From an uncultured Pseudomonadota bacterium (lineage in GTDB: Bacteria; Myxococcota_A; Polyangia; Fen-1088), in contig CAVRRT010000124.1 in assembly GCA_963723305.1 (NCBI GenBank), positions 2,857 to 66,856 of the forward strand: 64,000 nucleotides of DNA, in the 5' to 3' direction. The position numbers and the translations under genes were made by a program. The notes under the pieces are model-generated. The model did not search any database, was not told the origin of the DNA, and saw only the letters and a program-made list of their open reading frames with translations. Below are positions 29,688 to 44,679 of the stretch, piece by piece; within the stretch, counting starts at the first letter, position 1; every line of letters begins with the position of its first letter.

Positions 29688-30388
29688 TGCTTCACCGGCT
29701 TGTAGTCGACCTTCTCGGTCATCTGGATGCGCGCGTCGGTGGAGTAGGAGATCTCCTGGCCGCGCTCATCGACCACGCTGAGGGTGATGCGGACGTGGGT
29801 CGGCAGATACTGGTTCCCGCTCGCGTTGAGCGTGCTCCACTCGTTTTCCCACTCCTTCAGCTTCTGGTCGTAGTACTGGAACTTGAGCCGGCTCACGTCG
29901 GGGCAGAGGATGTAGGACTCGCCGGCGATGGCGCTGGGGTTCTCCGCCTGAAGGCGGTGCGTCTCGCGCCGCATGAGGTTGAGGACGCGCCGATCGTCGG
30001 GATCGCGCTCCCCAAAGTAGGAGATGAGCGAGGTGTCCCCCTCGGCCAGACCGGCGCGCAGCCGCTGGTGGGCGAAGCTGGAGAACTGCAGCTCGTCGAC
30101 GTCTCCGTGCGACGAGCCGATCATGAACGTCCGCCGCTCGGCGATGGCGGTGTTCTCCGAGGCCGAGAGGTAGGCCATCTCGATCTCGCGCGTCATCCGC
30201 ATGAGCGCGACCCGGACGCTGTGCGTCCGCTCCTGCGCCGACTCGATGGCGCGCTTGTTGGCGACCGTCTGGCTGAACGACCCCCACATGATGGTCGTGA
30301 CGAAGCCCAGGATGGCCAGCGCCAGCATCACCTCGATGAGCGTGAAGCCCGCCCGGCGCGCGCGACGGTCGAAACGGCGCCGCCTCAC
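29684..30388 (-). CDS. gspJ: T2SS minor pseudopilin GspJ
   Basis: Prepilin-type N-terminus AGFTLIEVMLALAILGF. Operon position fits. 4-bp overlaps with both neighbours. Confidence 0.7.
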   Translation of the reverse strand: MRRRRFDRRARRAGFTLIEVMLALAILGFVTTIMWGSFSQTVANKRAIESAQERTHSVRVALMRMTREIEMAYLSASENTAIAERRTFMIGSSHGDVDELQFSSFAHQRLRAGLAEGDTSLISYFGERDPDDRRVLNLMRRETHRLQAENPSAIAGESYILCPDVSRLKFQYYDQKLKEWENEWSTLNASGNQYLPTHVRITLSVVDERGQEISYSTDARIQMTEKVDYKPVKQ

Positions 30389-31074
30389 TGCCCACCCCCC
30401 AGCAGTCCCTTGAGGCTGTTCAGCGAGGGCCCGCCCAGCGGGCTGCCGCTCGAGCCGCCGGTACCGCTCGAGCCGCCGGTGCCGGAGCCGGAACCCTGGT
30501 TGAGACCGACGTCGAGCTTGGCCGGATCGGTGAGGTACTGAATCACCTCGAAGCTCTGATCGCGCCGCCCATGCTCGTCCCAGAGGACGCGGACGGTGAC
30601 CTTGCGGACCGAGTCCTGGAGGCCGAGCCGAATGGGGTCGATGAAGCTGGACATCATTCCGCCCATGAAGCCGGTGAGGAGCGACATCGGGTTCGTCGAA
30701 TCCTTGGTGTCCGTCGTGGCCTGATCGCGCGCCTTGTTCGCCAGGTCGGAGGGGAGCTCGATCCGTTCGATCAGCGTCTCGAAGCGGAACTGCGGGTAGC
30801 CGAGATCGCGGAACGTCCCGGCGGTGCTCTCGTCGTTGTCGGTGAACCCGAGGTCGAGGATCTGGTCCTCGATCTCGACCATCTTCGTTCGGGAGAGGAA
30901 GGTCGCGGCGGTGGTCATCTTGGCGTGGTTGGTCGAGCGCACGTTGTTGGTGACGATCGACAGCAGCACCACCAGCGTCGAGGCGAGGATGGCCACCGCC
31001 ACCATGATCTCCAGCAGCGTGAAGCCGGAGTCGGAACGCCGTCCGATCGGTGTCGCAATCCGCCTGGCTGTCAT
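30385..31074 (-). CDS. gspI: T2SS minor pseudopilin GspI-like, with Ser/Gly-rich C-terminal tail
   Basis: Prepilin-type N-terminus SGFTLLEIMVAVAILAS. Operon position fits. Confidence 0.65.
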   Translation of the reverse strand: MTARRIATPIGRRSDSGFTLLEIMVAVAILASTLVVLLSIVTNNVRSTNHAKMTTAATFLSRTKMVEIEDQILDLGFTDNDESTAGTFRDLGYPQFRFETLIERIELPSDLANKARDQATTDTKDSTNPMSLLTGFMGGMMSSFIDPIRLGLQDSVRKVTVRVLWDEHGRRDQSFEVIQYLTDPAKLDVGLNQGSGSGTGGSSGTGGSSGSPLGGPSLNSLKGLLGGGQ

Positions 31075-31868
31075 TGGACGATTCGATTCCCGTCGTCGTC
31101 GTAGCGGACGCCCAGGTTCGGCTTGACCTCTTCGTTGTAGATCCGGACCTTCCCGGTGATGGGGTGGACCACCAGCGAGAAGACGCTCTCGCCGGCCGCG
31201 TCGGTCAGCGTGATGACGGCGGGCTCGGTCTGCCCGAGCGGATAGAAGTAAAGATAGACCCGCCCGGCGGTGACCGGATCGGTCATGCGCGGGGTGTAGA
31301 CGCTCTTGATGCGCAGCTTCTTGAGCGTCACCGGTTTGAGCGCCGTCTCCTTGAACGCCGCGAAGCGTGCCCGCCTCGGCCGGAACTCCCCCACCTCCAG
31401 CTTCGACATGTCGAAGCTGGAGGAAGACGAGGCGCCTGAAGATGAGCTCGAAGAGCTGCCGCCGTAGAGCAGCTGCTGCTTCTCCTTCCGCTTCTGCTCC
31501 TCCTCCTCGCTGGCGGCCTCTTTCTCCTCCCGCTTCTGTCGTTCGGGCTCGCTCTCGGCCTGGTTCGGCGCATAGAAGCGATCGTCGGAGACCTCCGCCC
31601 AGTACCGCCCCTCGTTCAGATCGATCACCAGCCGGTGATACTTGCCGGTGATCGACGCCCGGTCGAACAGGAAGCGGATCGCGCCCGCCAGGTGCGCGCT
31701 CCCCTCCCGGAGGCTGCTCTTGGTGACGGTGCGGAAGCCCTTGACGCCGATGGTGGCGATGAGTGCGATCACCATCATCGCCACCATGACCTCGATCAAG
31801 GTGAAGCCCTGGGACAGGCGGCGCGCCGATCCCACGGAGTCACGCTGTGGCGTCGAGGTCATGGCCAT
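31071..31868 (-). CDS. gspH: T2SS minor pseudopilin GspH-like, with acidic / poly-Ser insertion
   Basis: Prepilin-type N-terminus QGFTLIEVMVAMMVIALIA. Operon position fits. Confidence 0.65.
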   Translation of the reverse strand: MAMTSTPQRDSVGSARRLSQGFTLIEVMVAMMVIALIATIGVKGFRTVTKSSLREGSAHLAGAIRFLFDRASITGKYHRLVIDLNEGRYWAEVSDDRFYAPNQAESEPERQKREEKEAASEEEEQKRKEKQQLLYGGSSSSSSSGASSSSSFDMSKLEVGEFRPRRARFAAFKETALKPVTLKKLRIKSVYTPRMTDPVTAGRVYLYFYPLGQTEPAVITLTDAAGESVFSLVVHPITGKVRIYNEEVKPNLGVRYDDDGNRIVQ

Positions 31869-31889
31869 TCCGTCAGCAGGCGCCGGCGC

Positions 31890-32315
31890 CTACATCTCCC
31901 AGGACCTGACGTCGTCCGGGGTCCCTTCCTGTTTGTCGGGGCCGGCCGACGAGATGTCGGCGCTGTCGGTGTCGTTGGTCCCCGGGCAGTGGTAGATGAA
32001 GTCCTTCCCCCAGGGGTCCTTGGCGTTGCTGCGATCGAGGTACTTCTGCGAGACGAGATCGTCGATCCCGCGCGGGCAGTTGCTGCTGTTGTCGATCATG
32101 TACTGCGACGTCGCGTCGCGCACCGCCTTGACCCGCAGCCGCGCCGTCGAGACCTGCGCCTTCTTGAAGTTTCGGAACACCGCCGCTCCGACGCCGCCGG
32201 CCAGCAGCGCGATGATCGCCAACACGACCATGATTTCGAGCAGCGTGAAGCCCGCTTCGACAGCGCGCCCCACACGAGCACCCATTCCGTTCGCATTTCG
32301 CTCTGTTTCGCTCAT
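31890..32315 (-). CDS. gspG: T2SS major pseudopilin GspG
   Basis: ATG 32315 is preceded by GAGGAG. AGFTLLEIMVVLAIIALLAG followed by KAQVSTARLRVKAVRDA...DPWGKDFIY, typical of GspG. The track ORF 31890..32870 is over-extended. Confidence 0.85.
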   Translation of the reverse strand: MSETERNANGMGARVGRAVEAGFTLLEIMVVLAIIALLAGGVGAAVFRNFKKAQVSTARLRVKAVRDATSQYMIDNSSNCPRGIDDLVSQKYLDRSNAKDPWGKDFIYHCPGTNDTDSADISSAGPDKQEGTPDDVRSWEM

Positions 32316-32326
32316 GACCATTCTCC

Positions 32327-33586
32327 TCACTGCACGAAGTTCTGCATGTCCATGATGGGTTGAAGAACCGAAAACACGATGAACACCACGGCCAGCGCCA
32401 TGCAAACGATCAGCATCGGCGACAAGATGGTGGTGAGGCGGGAGACCTTGGCCTCGACGTCGCGCTCGTAGGCGGTGGCCACGTTCTCCAGCATCGCCTC
32501 CAGCTGACCCGATCGCTCGCCGACGGCCACCATGTGCACCATCAGCGAGGGGAACTGGCCCGATCGCTTGAGCGGCGTGGCGATCGATTCGCCCTCGCGG
32601 ATGGCGTCGCGCGCCTCCTCGACGACCTTCTCCAGCACGGTGTTGTTGAGGACCTTCTTGGTGATCTCCAGCGCCGCCAGCACCGGGACGCCCGCCGCCA
32701 GCATGGTGGCCAGCGTGCGGGCGAATCGCGCCACGCCGACGAAGCGCACCAGCGGCCCGATGAGCGGCAGCTTCAACCGGATCCGGTCGACCACCGCCCG
32801 CCCCTTGGGCTGCCGCGACCAGCGGCGATAGAGCCAGTAGGAGAAGGCGAAGACGATGATCAGCGCCCACCAGTAGCTGCCGATGAGGTCGGACATGAAG
32901 ATCAGAAGCTGGGTGTTCCAGGGGAGCGTCTTGCCCATGTCCTGGAAGATCGAGGTGATCTTGGGAACGACCACCACCATGAGCACACCCATGATGATCG
33001 TTCCCAACACCACCATGATGATCGGGTAGGTAAGTGCGCCCGAGACCTTGGACCGCAACGTGTGCTCGGCGTCGAGGAAGTCGGCCAGCCGAGACAGCAC
33101 CGTGTCCAGGTTCCCCGCCGCCTCGCCCGAACGAACCATGTTGGTGTAGAGCTCCGGGAAGATCGAGGGGTGCGCGCCCAGCGTGTCGGCCAGCGAGCTC
33201 CCCTCGTTCACCTTCTGCCGGATCTCGGCCAGCACGCGCTGCAGCTTCTTGTTGTCCCCCTGCTCCGCCAGCGCTCCCAGCGACTCGGCCAGCGGGATCC
33301 CGGCCTTGATCAGGGTCGCCAGCTGACGGGTGAACGCCGCCACCTCTTCCGGCTGCACCCGTTCCAGCATCGACTTGAAGTCGATGTCGCGCTTGAAGAC
33401 CGAGACGTTCGAGCCGCCCGGGCGCGCCGCGGCCTGATGACCGCCGGCCAGCACCTCGCGGTGCTCGGTGATGAAGACGCCTTCCTTGCGCAGCGTCTGG
33501 CGCAACGCCTTCGGTCCGTCGGCGTCCCGCGTCCCGGTCACCGACTTGCCGGCGGTGTTGAGCCCCTTCCAGCTGTAGACCGGCAC
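32327..33586 (-). CDS. gspF: T2SS inner-membrane platform protein GspF
   Basis: 419 aa. Duplicated GspF/PilC-type domains and 3 TM segments. MPVYSWKGLNTAGKSVTG N-terminus. Confidence 0.85.
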   Translation of the reverse strand: MPVYSWKGLNTAGKSVTGTRDADGPKALRQTLRKEGVFITEHREVLAGGHQAAARPGGSNVSVFKRDIDFKSMLERVQPEEVAAFTRQLATLIKAGIPLAESLGALAEQGDNKKLQRVLAEIRQKVNEGSSLADTLGAHPSIFPELYTNMVRSGEAAGNLDTVLSRLADFLDAEHTLRSKVSGALTYPIIMVVLGTIIMGVLMVVVVPKITSIFQDMGKTLPWNTQLLIFMSDLIGSYWWALIIVFAFSYWLYRRWSRQPKGRAVVDRIRLKLPLIGPLVRFVGVARFARTLATMLAAGVPVLAALEITKKVLNNTVLEKVVEEARDAIREGESIATPLKRSGQFPSLMVHMVAVGERSGQLEAMLENVATAYERDVEAKVSRLTTILSPMLIVCMALAVVFIVFSVLQPIMDMQNFVQ

Positions 33587-33590
33587 CGCC

Positions 33591-35360
<1,770 letters not shown>

Positions 35361-35370
35361 CGATTGCTCC

Positions 35371-38009
35371 TTAGGGAACTCGGCCCGGGCCGGGTGCTGC
35401 CGCGGGCGCGGCGGCCGCCGGCGGCGCGCCTCCACCAGCGGGAGGTGACTCCGGCGGCGCGAAGTTGCTCGTCGGCCCGACGGGCAGATCGACGGGACCG
35501 GATTCATCTTCCAGGTCATGCTGGCGGATAGCGTCCATCTCCGCTTCTTCCTTCTCGATGTCGCGCGCCGCGCGGTTGATCTCCTCCAGCATGCCGCGCT
35601 TGCGGCGATAGTCGATGTTCGATTCCAGGCTGGGACGCTCTTCGCCGCCAAACCGCTCCACGAACTCGCGCCGCTCCTTCATCTTCTTTTCCAGCACCCG
35701 CCGCAGATCCGACTGGTCGTTGATGACGTACGGCGTGAGCGCGATGATGAGGTTCGTCTTCACGATGTGCTTGCTGGAGGTGCGAAAGAAGAACCCCAAG
35801 ATCGGAATGTCGCCCAGAAGCGGAATCTTGGTGACGCTGTTGATGATCTTGTCCGACATGAGGCCGCCGATCAGGATCGTCTGTTGATCCTTGGCCACCA
35901 CGATGGTCTTGGCCGATCGCTCCGAGGTCGAGGGCCCGAGCGTCGGGCTTCCGCCGGCGGCGATCTCCGAGTCCTTGGCGTCGACCTCGAGACGGATGAT
36001 GTCGTGCTCGTTGACGTGGGGCGTGAGCTTGATGACGAGCGCGACGTCCTCGCGCTGCACCTGGGGGAAGAGGCCGCCCAGGCCCAGCCCCAGGCCGCCG
36101 GCAGCGCTGGCGCCCGCCCCGCCCAACCCCAGCGTGCTGACCGGGAACGGTATCTTCTGTCCGACGGAGATCTCGCCGTCCTCGTTGTTCATGATGAGGA
36201 GATGCGGGTTCGACAGCACGTCGACGTCGCTGTTGGTCTGGAGCGCCTTGATGAGCACGCCGAACGAAGGGATGTCGACCGTCGCCGTCGCGGCGGAACC
36301 GAGCCCCGCCGCCTCGGCCGGCGTCAACACCGGCCCCAGGATCCCCGCCAGCATGGTGTCGCTGAGCGCGTTGGTCGGCTGCAGGGTGTTGGCCGGGTTG
36401 AGCCCGCCGACGATCAGGCTGGGGTCGCTGAGCCCGAACAGGTTCTGCGGCTTGACGCCGTGCCAGGAGGCGCCGAGGTCGCGCTCCTTGTCGAGCGTGA
36501 CCTCCAGGATCATCGCCTCGACGAACACCTGCTTGCGCGGCGAATCGAGCAGCTCGATCACCCGACGCAGCGCCTGGTAGTCCTTGAGCGAGGATACGAC
36601 GATGAGCGAGTTGGTGGGGCGATCGAAGTTGAGACGCACCTCCCCCTCGAACAGAAGGTTGGGGCCGGAGAGCGGCTGGCCGTTGGCGCCGGCCGTGGGC
36701 GTCGGCGTCGGGGTGCTGGTTCCGCTGCGCGGCCGGGTGCGCGATCCGACGGCCCCGGAGACCGGGATTCCGGTGACCGAGCCGATGGTCTGGGCCAGCT
36801 CGTCGCAGTTGGCGTTCTCGCAGTAGTAGACGTGGATCCGACCGTCGCCCGGCCCGATCGGAACGTCGAGCTTCTTCACCAGAGTGAGCACGCGGGCGTA
36901 GGCCTTTTCGTTGGCGATCACGATGAGCTGGTTCGAGCGCTCGTCGGGGATGATCTTGGAGATCATCATCTCAGTCGTCAGATCGCCGGGCTTAGGGCGC
37001 GTCGGTGTGCCCGCGGGCGCCGGCGTGCTGGTCGTCGCCCCCCCCTTGCCGCCCAGCTTGGCGACCTGGAAGATCTCGCCCAGCTTCTGGGCCATGTCGC
37101 TGGCCGAGGTGTTCTTGACCCCGATGATCCAGACCTTCTCCCCGGTCCCCGGCTGATCGATCTGCTTCAGGATCGCCATCATGCGGCTGATGTTCGAGGC
37201 CAGGTCGGTGACGATGAGCGCCCCCTGCGGCGCGTAGACGATCACGTCCCCCTGCTCGCCCTTGAGGCGACCCAGCACCTGGGCCACCTCGTTGGGATCG
37301 GCGTTCTCCACCCGGATCAAGCGGGTCACGTAGCTCTCGTTCATGGGGACGTCCGAGTCCTCGCCGTAAAGCGGGATGGGCGCCGACTTCGCCTTGACCG
37401 TCTCGATGATGCGCAGGACCTTGCCCGACGGCTGCACCGTCAGCCCGACGGAGTCGAGCGCGCCCAGGAAGAGCCGGTACGCCTCCTCCGGCGTGATCAA
37501 CTCGGGCGCCACGATGGTGACCTTCTTGCTGTTGGCGGGGATGGTCCCGGGCAGGAGGAACTGCTTGCAGGTGATCGACGAGATCCAGGAGATGAGATCG
37601 CCGAGCTCCGTGTCGGGCTTGAGGTTGAGCTTCACGATCCGCTTCCCCGAGGGGAACTTTTTGCAGGAGTTGAACTCCTTCTCGCCGATCACCGAGCCGC
37701 CGGAGACGGTGCCGATGGCGCCGGCTGGCAGCGCCGCGGCCGGCGCCGGCGTGGTGCTGGGCGGCGGGTCGCGGCGGCGGCGCGCGGCCGCGCCGTTCAC
37801 CGTCGGTGCCAGGCCGCCCGCAGGGACCTTGACCGGCTTCTGATCGGCGCCGTCGACGACGGCGGCCTGCGCCAGAGAGACCCCGAGCAACAGAGCGGCC
37901 ACGCCCACCATCAATCCAATCGCTCCGCGCCTGCCAACCGCTCCGCTCCCGCCCACCGCTCCCCGCCTGGCAACTGCTCCCCTATTACCAACCGTTCCTG
38001 TTCTAGTTT

Positions 38010-38013
<4 letters not shown>
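35371..38013 (-). CDS. gspD: T2SS outer-membrane secretin GspD
   Basis: 880 aa. Signal peptide, N0-N3-type repeats. Secretin core ([49 protein letters not shown]). Confidence 0.85.
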
Positions 38014-38924
<911 letters not shown>

Positions 38925-38946
38925 GGAGGTCCGGCGTAAGGCTCAA

Positions 38947-38962
38947 AGCAACGCCGAGACCA
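38947..38962 (-). promoter_or_regulatory. Candidate sigma-54 (-24/-12) promoter of the gsp operon
   Basis: Minus-strand sequence TGGTCTCGGCGTTGCT has exact GG-N10-GC spacing and a TTGCT -12 element. It ends 23 nt upstream of the gspC ATG, in the 75-bp gap after the sigma-54 response regulator. Confidence 0.45.
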
Positions 38963-38999
38963 CCCGGCCGTGCTTACAAATCCCTTACTAATCAATGTC

Positions 39000-40454
39000 T
39001 TAGCGCGAGCCGCCGGCCTGAGTGCCCTGCCAATTTGGCACGTCTCGCGAAGCAGCCTCGCCGGATGCGGCCGGCTCGGGATCGACCCGTTCCTCTTCGA
39101 GCCGCCGGTAGATTGTTCGGGTGGCGATCCCCAGGAGCTGCGCGCAGAGCCGCTTGTCCCCCCCCACGTGGGCCAGCGTTGCGTGGATGACCCGCCGCTC
39201 GATCTCCTCGAGCGGCGTCCCTACCACGAATGAAAGCGTCCGTCCGTCGCCAACTGCTCCTCCGCCGCTGCGCACCTCCGGCGGCAGGTCGTCGATCTCG
39301 ATGGCGCTGCCGCGCGAGAGGACGACGGCGCGCTCGACCGTGTTCTCCAGCTCCCGCACGTTGCCCGGCCAGTCGTGGCGGGCGAGCGCCTCGGCGGCCG
39401 CGCGAGAGAAACCACTCAGGTGCCGGTTGTTGCGGGCGGCGTAGCGCTGCAGGAAGTGCTCAGCCAGGAGCGGGATGTCGTCGCGGCGATCGCGCAGCGG
39501 CGGGATCGGCACCGCGATGACGTTGAGGCGATAGTAGAGATCCTCGCGGAAGCGGCCCTCGCGGACGGCGGCGCGCAGATCCTGGTTGGTGGCCGCCACC
39601 AGGCGCAGATCGATCTTCAGCGTTCGCCCGCCGAGCCGTTCGACCTCCCCTTCCTGAAGCACGCGCAAGAGCTTCACCTGGACGTGCGTCGGGATCTCCC
39701 CGATCTCGTCGAGGAACAGCGTGCCGCGGTCGGCCTGCACGAACCGTCCGTCGTGGCGCTGGGTGGCGCCGGTGAAGGCCCCCTTCTCGTAGCCGAAGAG
39801 CTCAGCCTCGAGGATCGTCTCCGGCAGGGCGGCGCAGTTGACCGGCACGAACGGGCCGCCGGCGCGCGGCGAGCTGTCGTGGATGGCGCGTGCCAGGAGC
39901 TCCTTGCCGGTCCCTGATTCGCCGAGCAGGAGCACGGTCGCCTGCGACGGCGCGGCCTGCATGACGATTTCCATCGTCCGCCGCCAGGCCAGCGACTGGC
40001 CGATGAGGGCGCGGCGCTGCTCGGCGGCCAGCTGGGCGCGCAGCGAGCGGTTCTCCTGCACCAGCGAGCGCTTCTCGATGGCCTTGCCGACGACGCGCAC
40101 CAGGTGGGCGCGCTTGATCGGCTTGGTGACGAAGTCATAGGCCCCTTGCTTCATCGCCTCGACCGCGTTCTCCACGGTGCCGTAGGCGGTCATCAGCACG
40201 GTCTCGGTCTCGGGCGCGATGCTCCGGCTCGCCCGCAGGAGGTCCATCCCCGACATCCCCGGCATCATGAGGTCGGTGAGCAGCACCGAGACCGGCTCTC
40301 GCCGGAGAATCTCCAGCGCCTCTCCGCCGGAGCCGGCGGTCAGAACACGCAGCGACTCGCGCTCGAAGATCTTCTGGAGCGAGTCGACGATGGGGGCCTC
40401 GTCGTCTACCACCAGAACCGTTGGCGCCCCAGGCTGGACCGGCATCAGCTCCAT
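39000..40454 (-). CDS. Sigma-54-dependent response regulator (NtrC family)
   Basis: REC (VLVVDDE...[12 protein letters not shown]). Walker [16 protein letters not shown]-terminal HTH ([11 protein letters not shown]). 484 aa. Confidence 0.85.
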   Translation of the reverse strand: MELMPVQPGAPTVLVVDDEAPIVDSLQKIFERESLRVLTAGSGGEALEILRREPVSVLLTDLMMPGMSGMDLLRASRSIAPETETVLMTAYGTVENAVEAMKQGAYDFVTKPIKRAHLVRVVGKAIEKRSLVQENRSLRAQLAAEQRRALIGQSLAWRRTMEIVMQAAPSQATVLLLGESGTGKELLARAIHDSSPRAGGPFVPVNCAALPETILEAELFGYEKGAFTGATQRHDGRFVQADRGTLFLDEIGEIPTHVQVKLLRVLQEGEVERLGGRTLKIDLRLVAATNQDLRAAVREGRFREDLYYRLNVIAVPIPPLRDRRDDIPLLAEHFLQRYAARNNRHLSGFSRAAAEALARHDWPGNVRELENTVERAVVLSRGSAIEIDDLPPEVRSGGGAVGDGRTLSFVVGTPLEEIERRVIHATLAHVGGDKRLCAQLLGIATRTIYRRLEEERVDPEPAASGEAASRDVPNWQGTQAGGSR

Positions 40455-40524
40455 CCCTCCGACACCTTCAACCTCGATGCCATCTCAGGTAAAGTTACGT
40501 AAGCATCTGAATCCATTGGACTCG

Positions 40525-40554
40525 ATATTACGCCAAATTGTCCGATACCGCCAA
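40525..40554 (-). promoter_or_regulatory. Possible sigma-70-type promoter for the response-regulator gene
   Basis: Minus-strand TTGGCG-18 nt-TAATAT lies in the AT-richer 155-bp gap between the kinase stop and the regulator start. Confidence 0.25.
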
Positions 40555-40609
40555 TCTTATGTCAACCTGACATCCTGCCGTCAGGGCCGCTGGTCGAGCT
40601 GCCAGTTTG

Positions 40610-42907
<2,298 letters not shown>

Positions 42908-42967
42908 GCGCCCAGTATAAGTGGAGAAGGCGGCCGCCCGCAGAGGCGCGCTGCGGGTTTCCAAGCT

Positions 42968-43675
42968 ATGCTTTTGGGCCACATGTCCTGGGAAACCATC
43001 CGCAACCTCGTTCGCGACGAGTGGCTCATTCTTTCGTTGCTGCTCGCCTGGTCGCTCGCCGGGCTGGCCGTCATCTGCGAGCGCGTCTATGCGCTCTGGA
43101 ACCTGCTTCCGAAGTCGGAAGCGTTCAAGGATCGGGTCATCGACGCCATCGAGAAGGGCGATCTGGGCAAGGCCGCGGCGCTCTCCGAGATGTCACAGGT
43201 GCCCCTGGCCGACGTGTTCGAGCGCGGCCTGCAAGTCTTCCAGAAGATGCCGCACAAGACGACCGAGGCGGTCACCTCGCAGCGAAGCGCGACGGTGCTC
43301 TCGCTCAAGCGCTACCTCTGGGCGCTGGGGACCGTCGGCTCGTCGGCGCCTTTCGTCGGCCTGTTCGGAACGGTCGTCGGCATTCTGAAGGCATTCCAGT
43401 CGATGTCAGTGGCCGGCACCGGCGGCTTCAAGGTGGTCTCGCAGGGGATCGCGGCGGCGCTGGTCGCCACCGCGGCCGGCCTGCTGGTCGCCATCTACGC
43501 GGTCATCGCCTACAACTACTTCGTGGCGCGGATCAACGGCATCTCGATGCAGTACCGCCTCTACTGCGAGGAGTTCCTGGCGACGCTGGGCGAAACGACC
43601 TCCAGGCCGCGCGCCGCTGTCACGCCCGCCGCGGCCGCGGCGCCCACTCCGGCCCCCGCCGGCAGCGGTTCGTGA
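42968..43675 (+). CDS. exbB: MotA/TolQ/ExbB-family proton channel
   Basis: Only the last 236 codons of track ORF 40607..43675 are protein-like. LGTVGSSAPFVGLFGTVVGILKAF and AAALVATAAGLLVAI motifs. Alternative ATG at 42983. Confidence 0.75.
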   Translation: MLLGHMSWETIRNLVRDEWLILSLLLAWSLAGLAVICERVYALWNLLPKSEAFKDRVIDAIEKGDLGKAAALSEMSQVPLADVFERGLQVFQKMPHKTTEAVTSQRSATVLSLKRYLWALGTVGSSAPFVGLFGTVVGILKAFQSMSVAGTGGFKVVSQGIAAALVATAAGLLVAIYAVIAYNYFVARINGISMQYRLYCEEFLATLGETTSRPRAAVTPAAAAAPTPAPAGSGS

Positions 43676-43685
43676 GGGAGACGCC

Positions 43686-44156
43686 ATGGGAATGACCGTT
43701 CAGCTCGACGACGGCGCGCAGGGCGGAGACGACGCCGACGTCGGCAACGAAGCAGTCGTCGCGGAGATCAACATCACCCCGCTGACCGACGTCTTCTTGG
43801 TGTTGCTCATCATCTTCATGGTGACGTCGACGGCGATGGTCGAATCCGAGGTCGCCTCGCGCGCCGGAATGAAGGTGGTCCTTCCCAAGGCCAACGCCGC
43901 CGGCCCCGTCTCGCAGCGGCACACCGATCCGGTCCTGACCGTCACCAAGGCGAACGAGCTCTATCTCGGATCCCGCAAGGTAGACCCGGCCAATCTGGAA
44001 GCCGAGATTCGCAAGGCGCTGACGGACGTCAGCTCGGAGACGCTGCTCATTCGCGGTGACAAGAACGTCTACCTCGGCGCCGCGGTCGACATCATGTCGA
44101 CCGCCAAGAAGGCTGGCGCCAGCCATATCGCGATCCTGACCGCCCCCACCAAGTAG
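43686..44156 (+). CDS. exbD: ExbD/TolR-family protein
   Basis: INITPLTDVFLVLLIIFMVT TM motif followed by a periplasmic domain. 156 aa. Confidence 0.75.
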   Translation: MGMTVQLDDGAQGGDDADVGNEAVVAEINITPLTDVFLVLLIIFMVTSTAMVESEVASRAGMKVVLPKANAAGPVSQRHTDPVLTVTKANELYLGSRKVDPANLEAEIRKALTDVSSETLLIRGDKNVYLGAAVDIMSTAKKAGASHIAILTAPTK

Positions 44157-44329
44157 CAGATCGTCCGAGCAAACTCGCACGCTCATTACGATAAGCGCGT
44201 GTGCGGTATGAGGCGGTTCGCTACACATGGCCCGCAGTCCTACGCACGATCGCCCCACAAATCGGAGTTGGAAATCCGGCTTAAGTCCCTAAAGGTATAG
44301 AATTATTTCGACTTTGTGGACAGTCATGA

Positions 44330-44345
44330 TGGCATGGGCACTGCA
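44330..44345 (+). promoter_or_regulatory. Candidate sigma-54 (-24/-12) promoter
   Basis: TGGCATGGGCACTGCA matches TGGCAC-N5-TTGCA at 5/6 and 4/5 positions with exact GG-N10-GC spacing. AT-rich tract (aaaggtatagaattatttcg) lies just upstream. It ends 65 nt before the ATG at 44410. Confidence 0.55.
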
Positions 44346-44409
44346 TTCGTTGACGCCGCGGCAACATTTGTTACCAGGTGCCGCGCCAACCCCACAGCAG
44401 GAGTCTCCC

Positions 44410-44592
44410 ATGAAGCTCGTTCGCACCATCTTCGTTGCCCTCGCCGTTCTCCTCCCGACCTCTTGGACCATCGCCAAGGCCGCTGACGCCCCCGCCGGCG
44501 ACTCGGCTGACTCGGGCAAGAAGGAGAAGAAGGCCAAGAAGTCCAAGAAGGACGACAAGGGCGACAAGGCCGACGACAAGGCCGCCAAGTAA
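44410..44592 (+). CDS. Small secreted Lys/Asp-rich protein (60 aa precursor, ~36 aa mature)
   Basis: AGGAG lies 7 nt upstream of the ATG. Signal peptide MKLVRTIFVALAVLLPTSWTIAKA. Mature part ADAPAGDSADSGKKEKKAKKSKKDDKGDKADDKAAK. Followed by a strong terminator. The track ORF 44314..44592 is over-extended. Confidence 0.55.
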   Translation: MKLVRTIFVALAVLLPTSWTIAKAADAPAGDSADSGKKEKKAKKSKKDDKGDKADDKAAK

Positions 44593-44639
44593 CACCGCCT
44601 TCACCCGGTGAGGCTTCCGCCTCGCTGGCTCAGCTTTGA

Positions 44640-44671
44640 CCCCGGTCGCTCACGCGGCCGGGGTTTTTTTT
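44640..44671 (+). terminator. Rho-independent terminator
   Basis: Stem ccccggtcgc / gcggccgggg (one mismatch, loop tcac) is immediately followed by T8 (44664-44671). Confidence 0.75.
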
Positions 44672-44679
44672 GTCTCACG

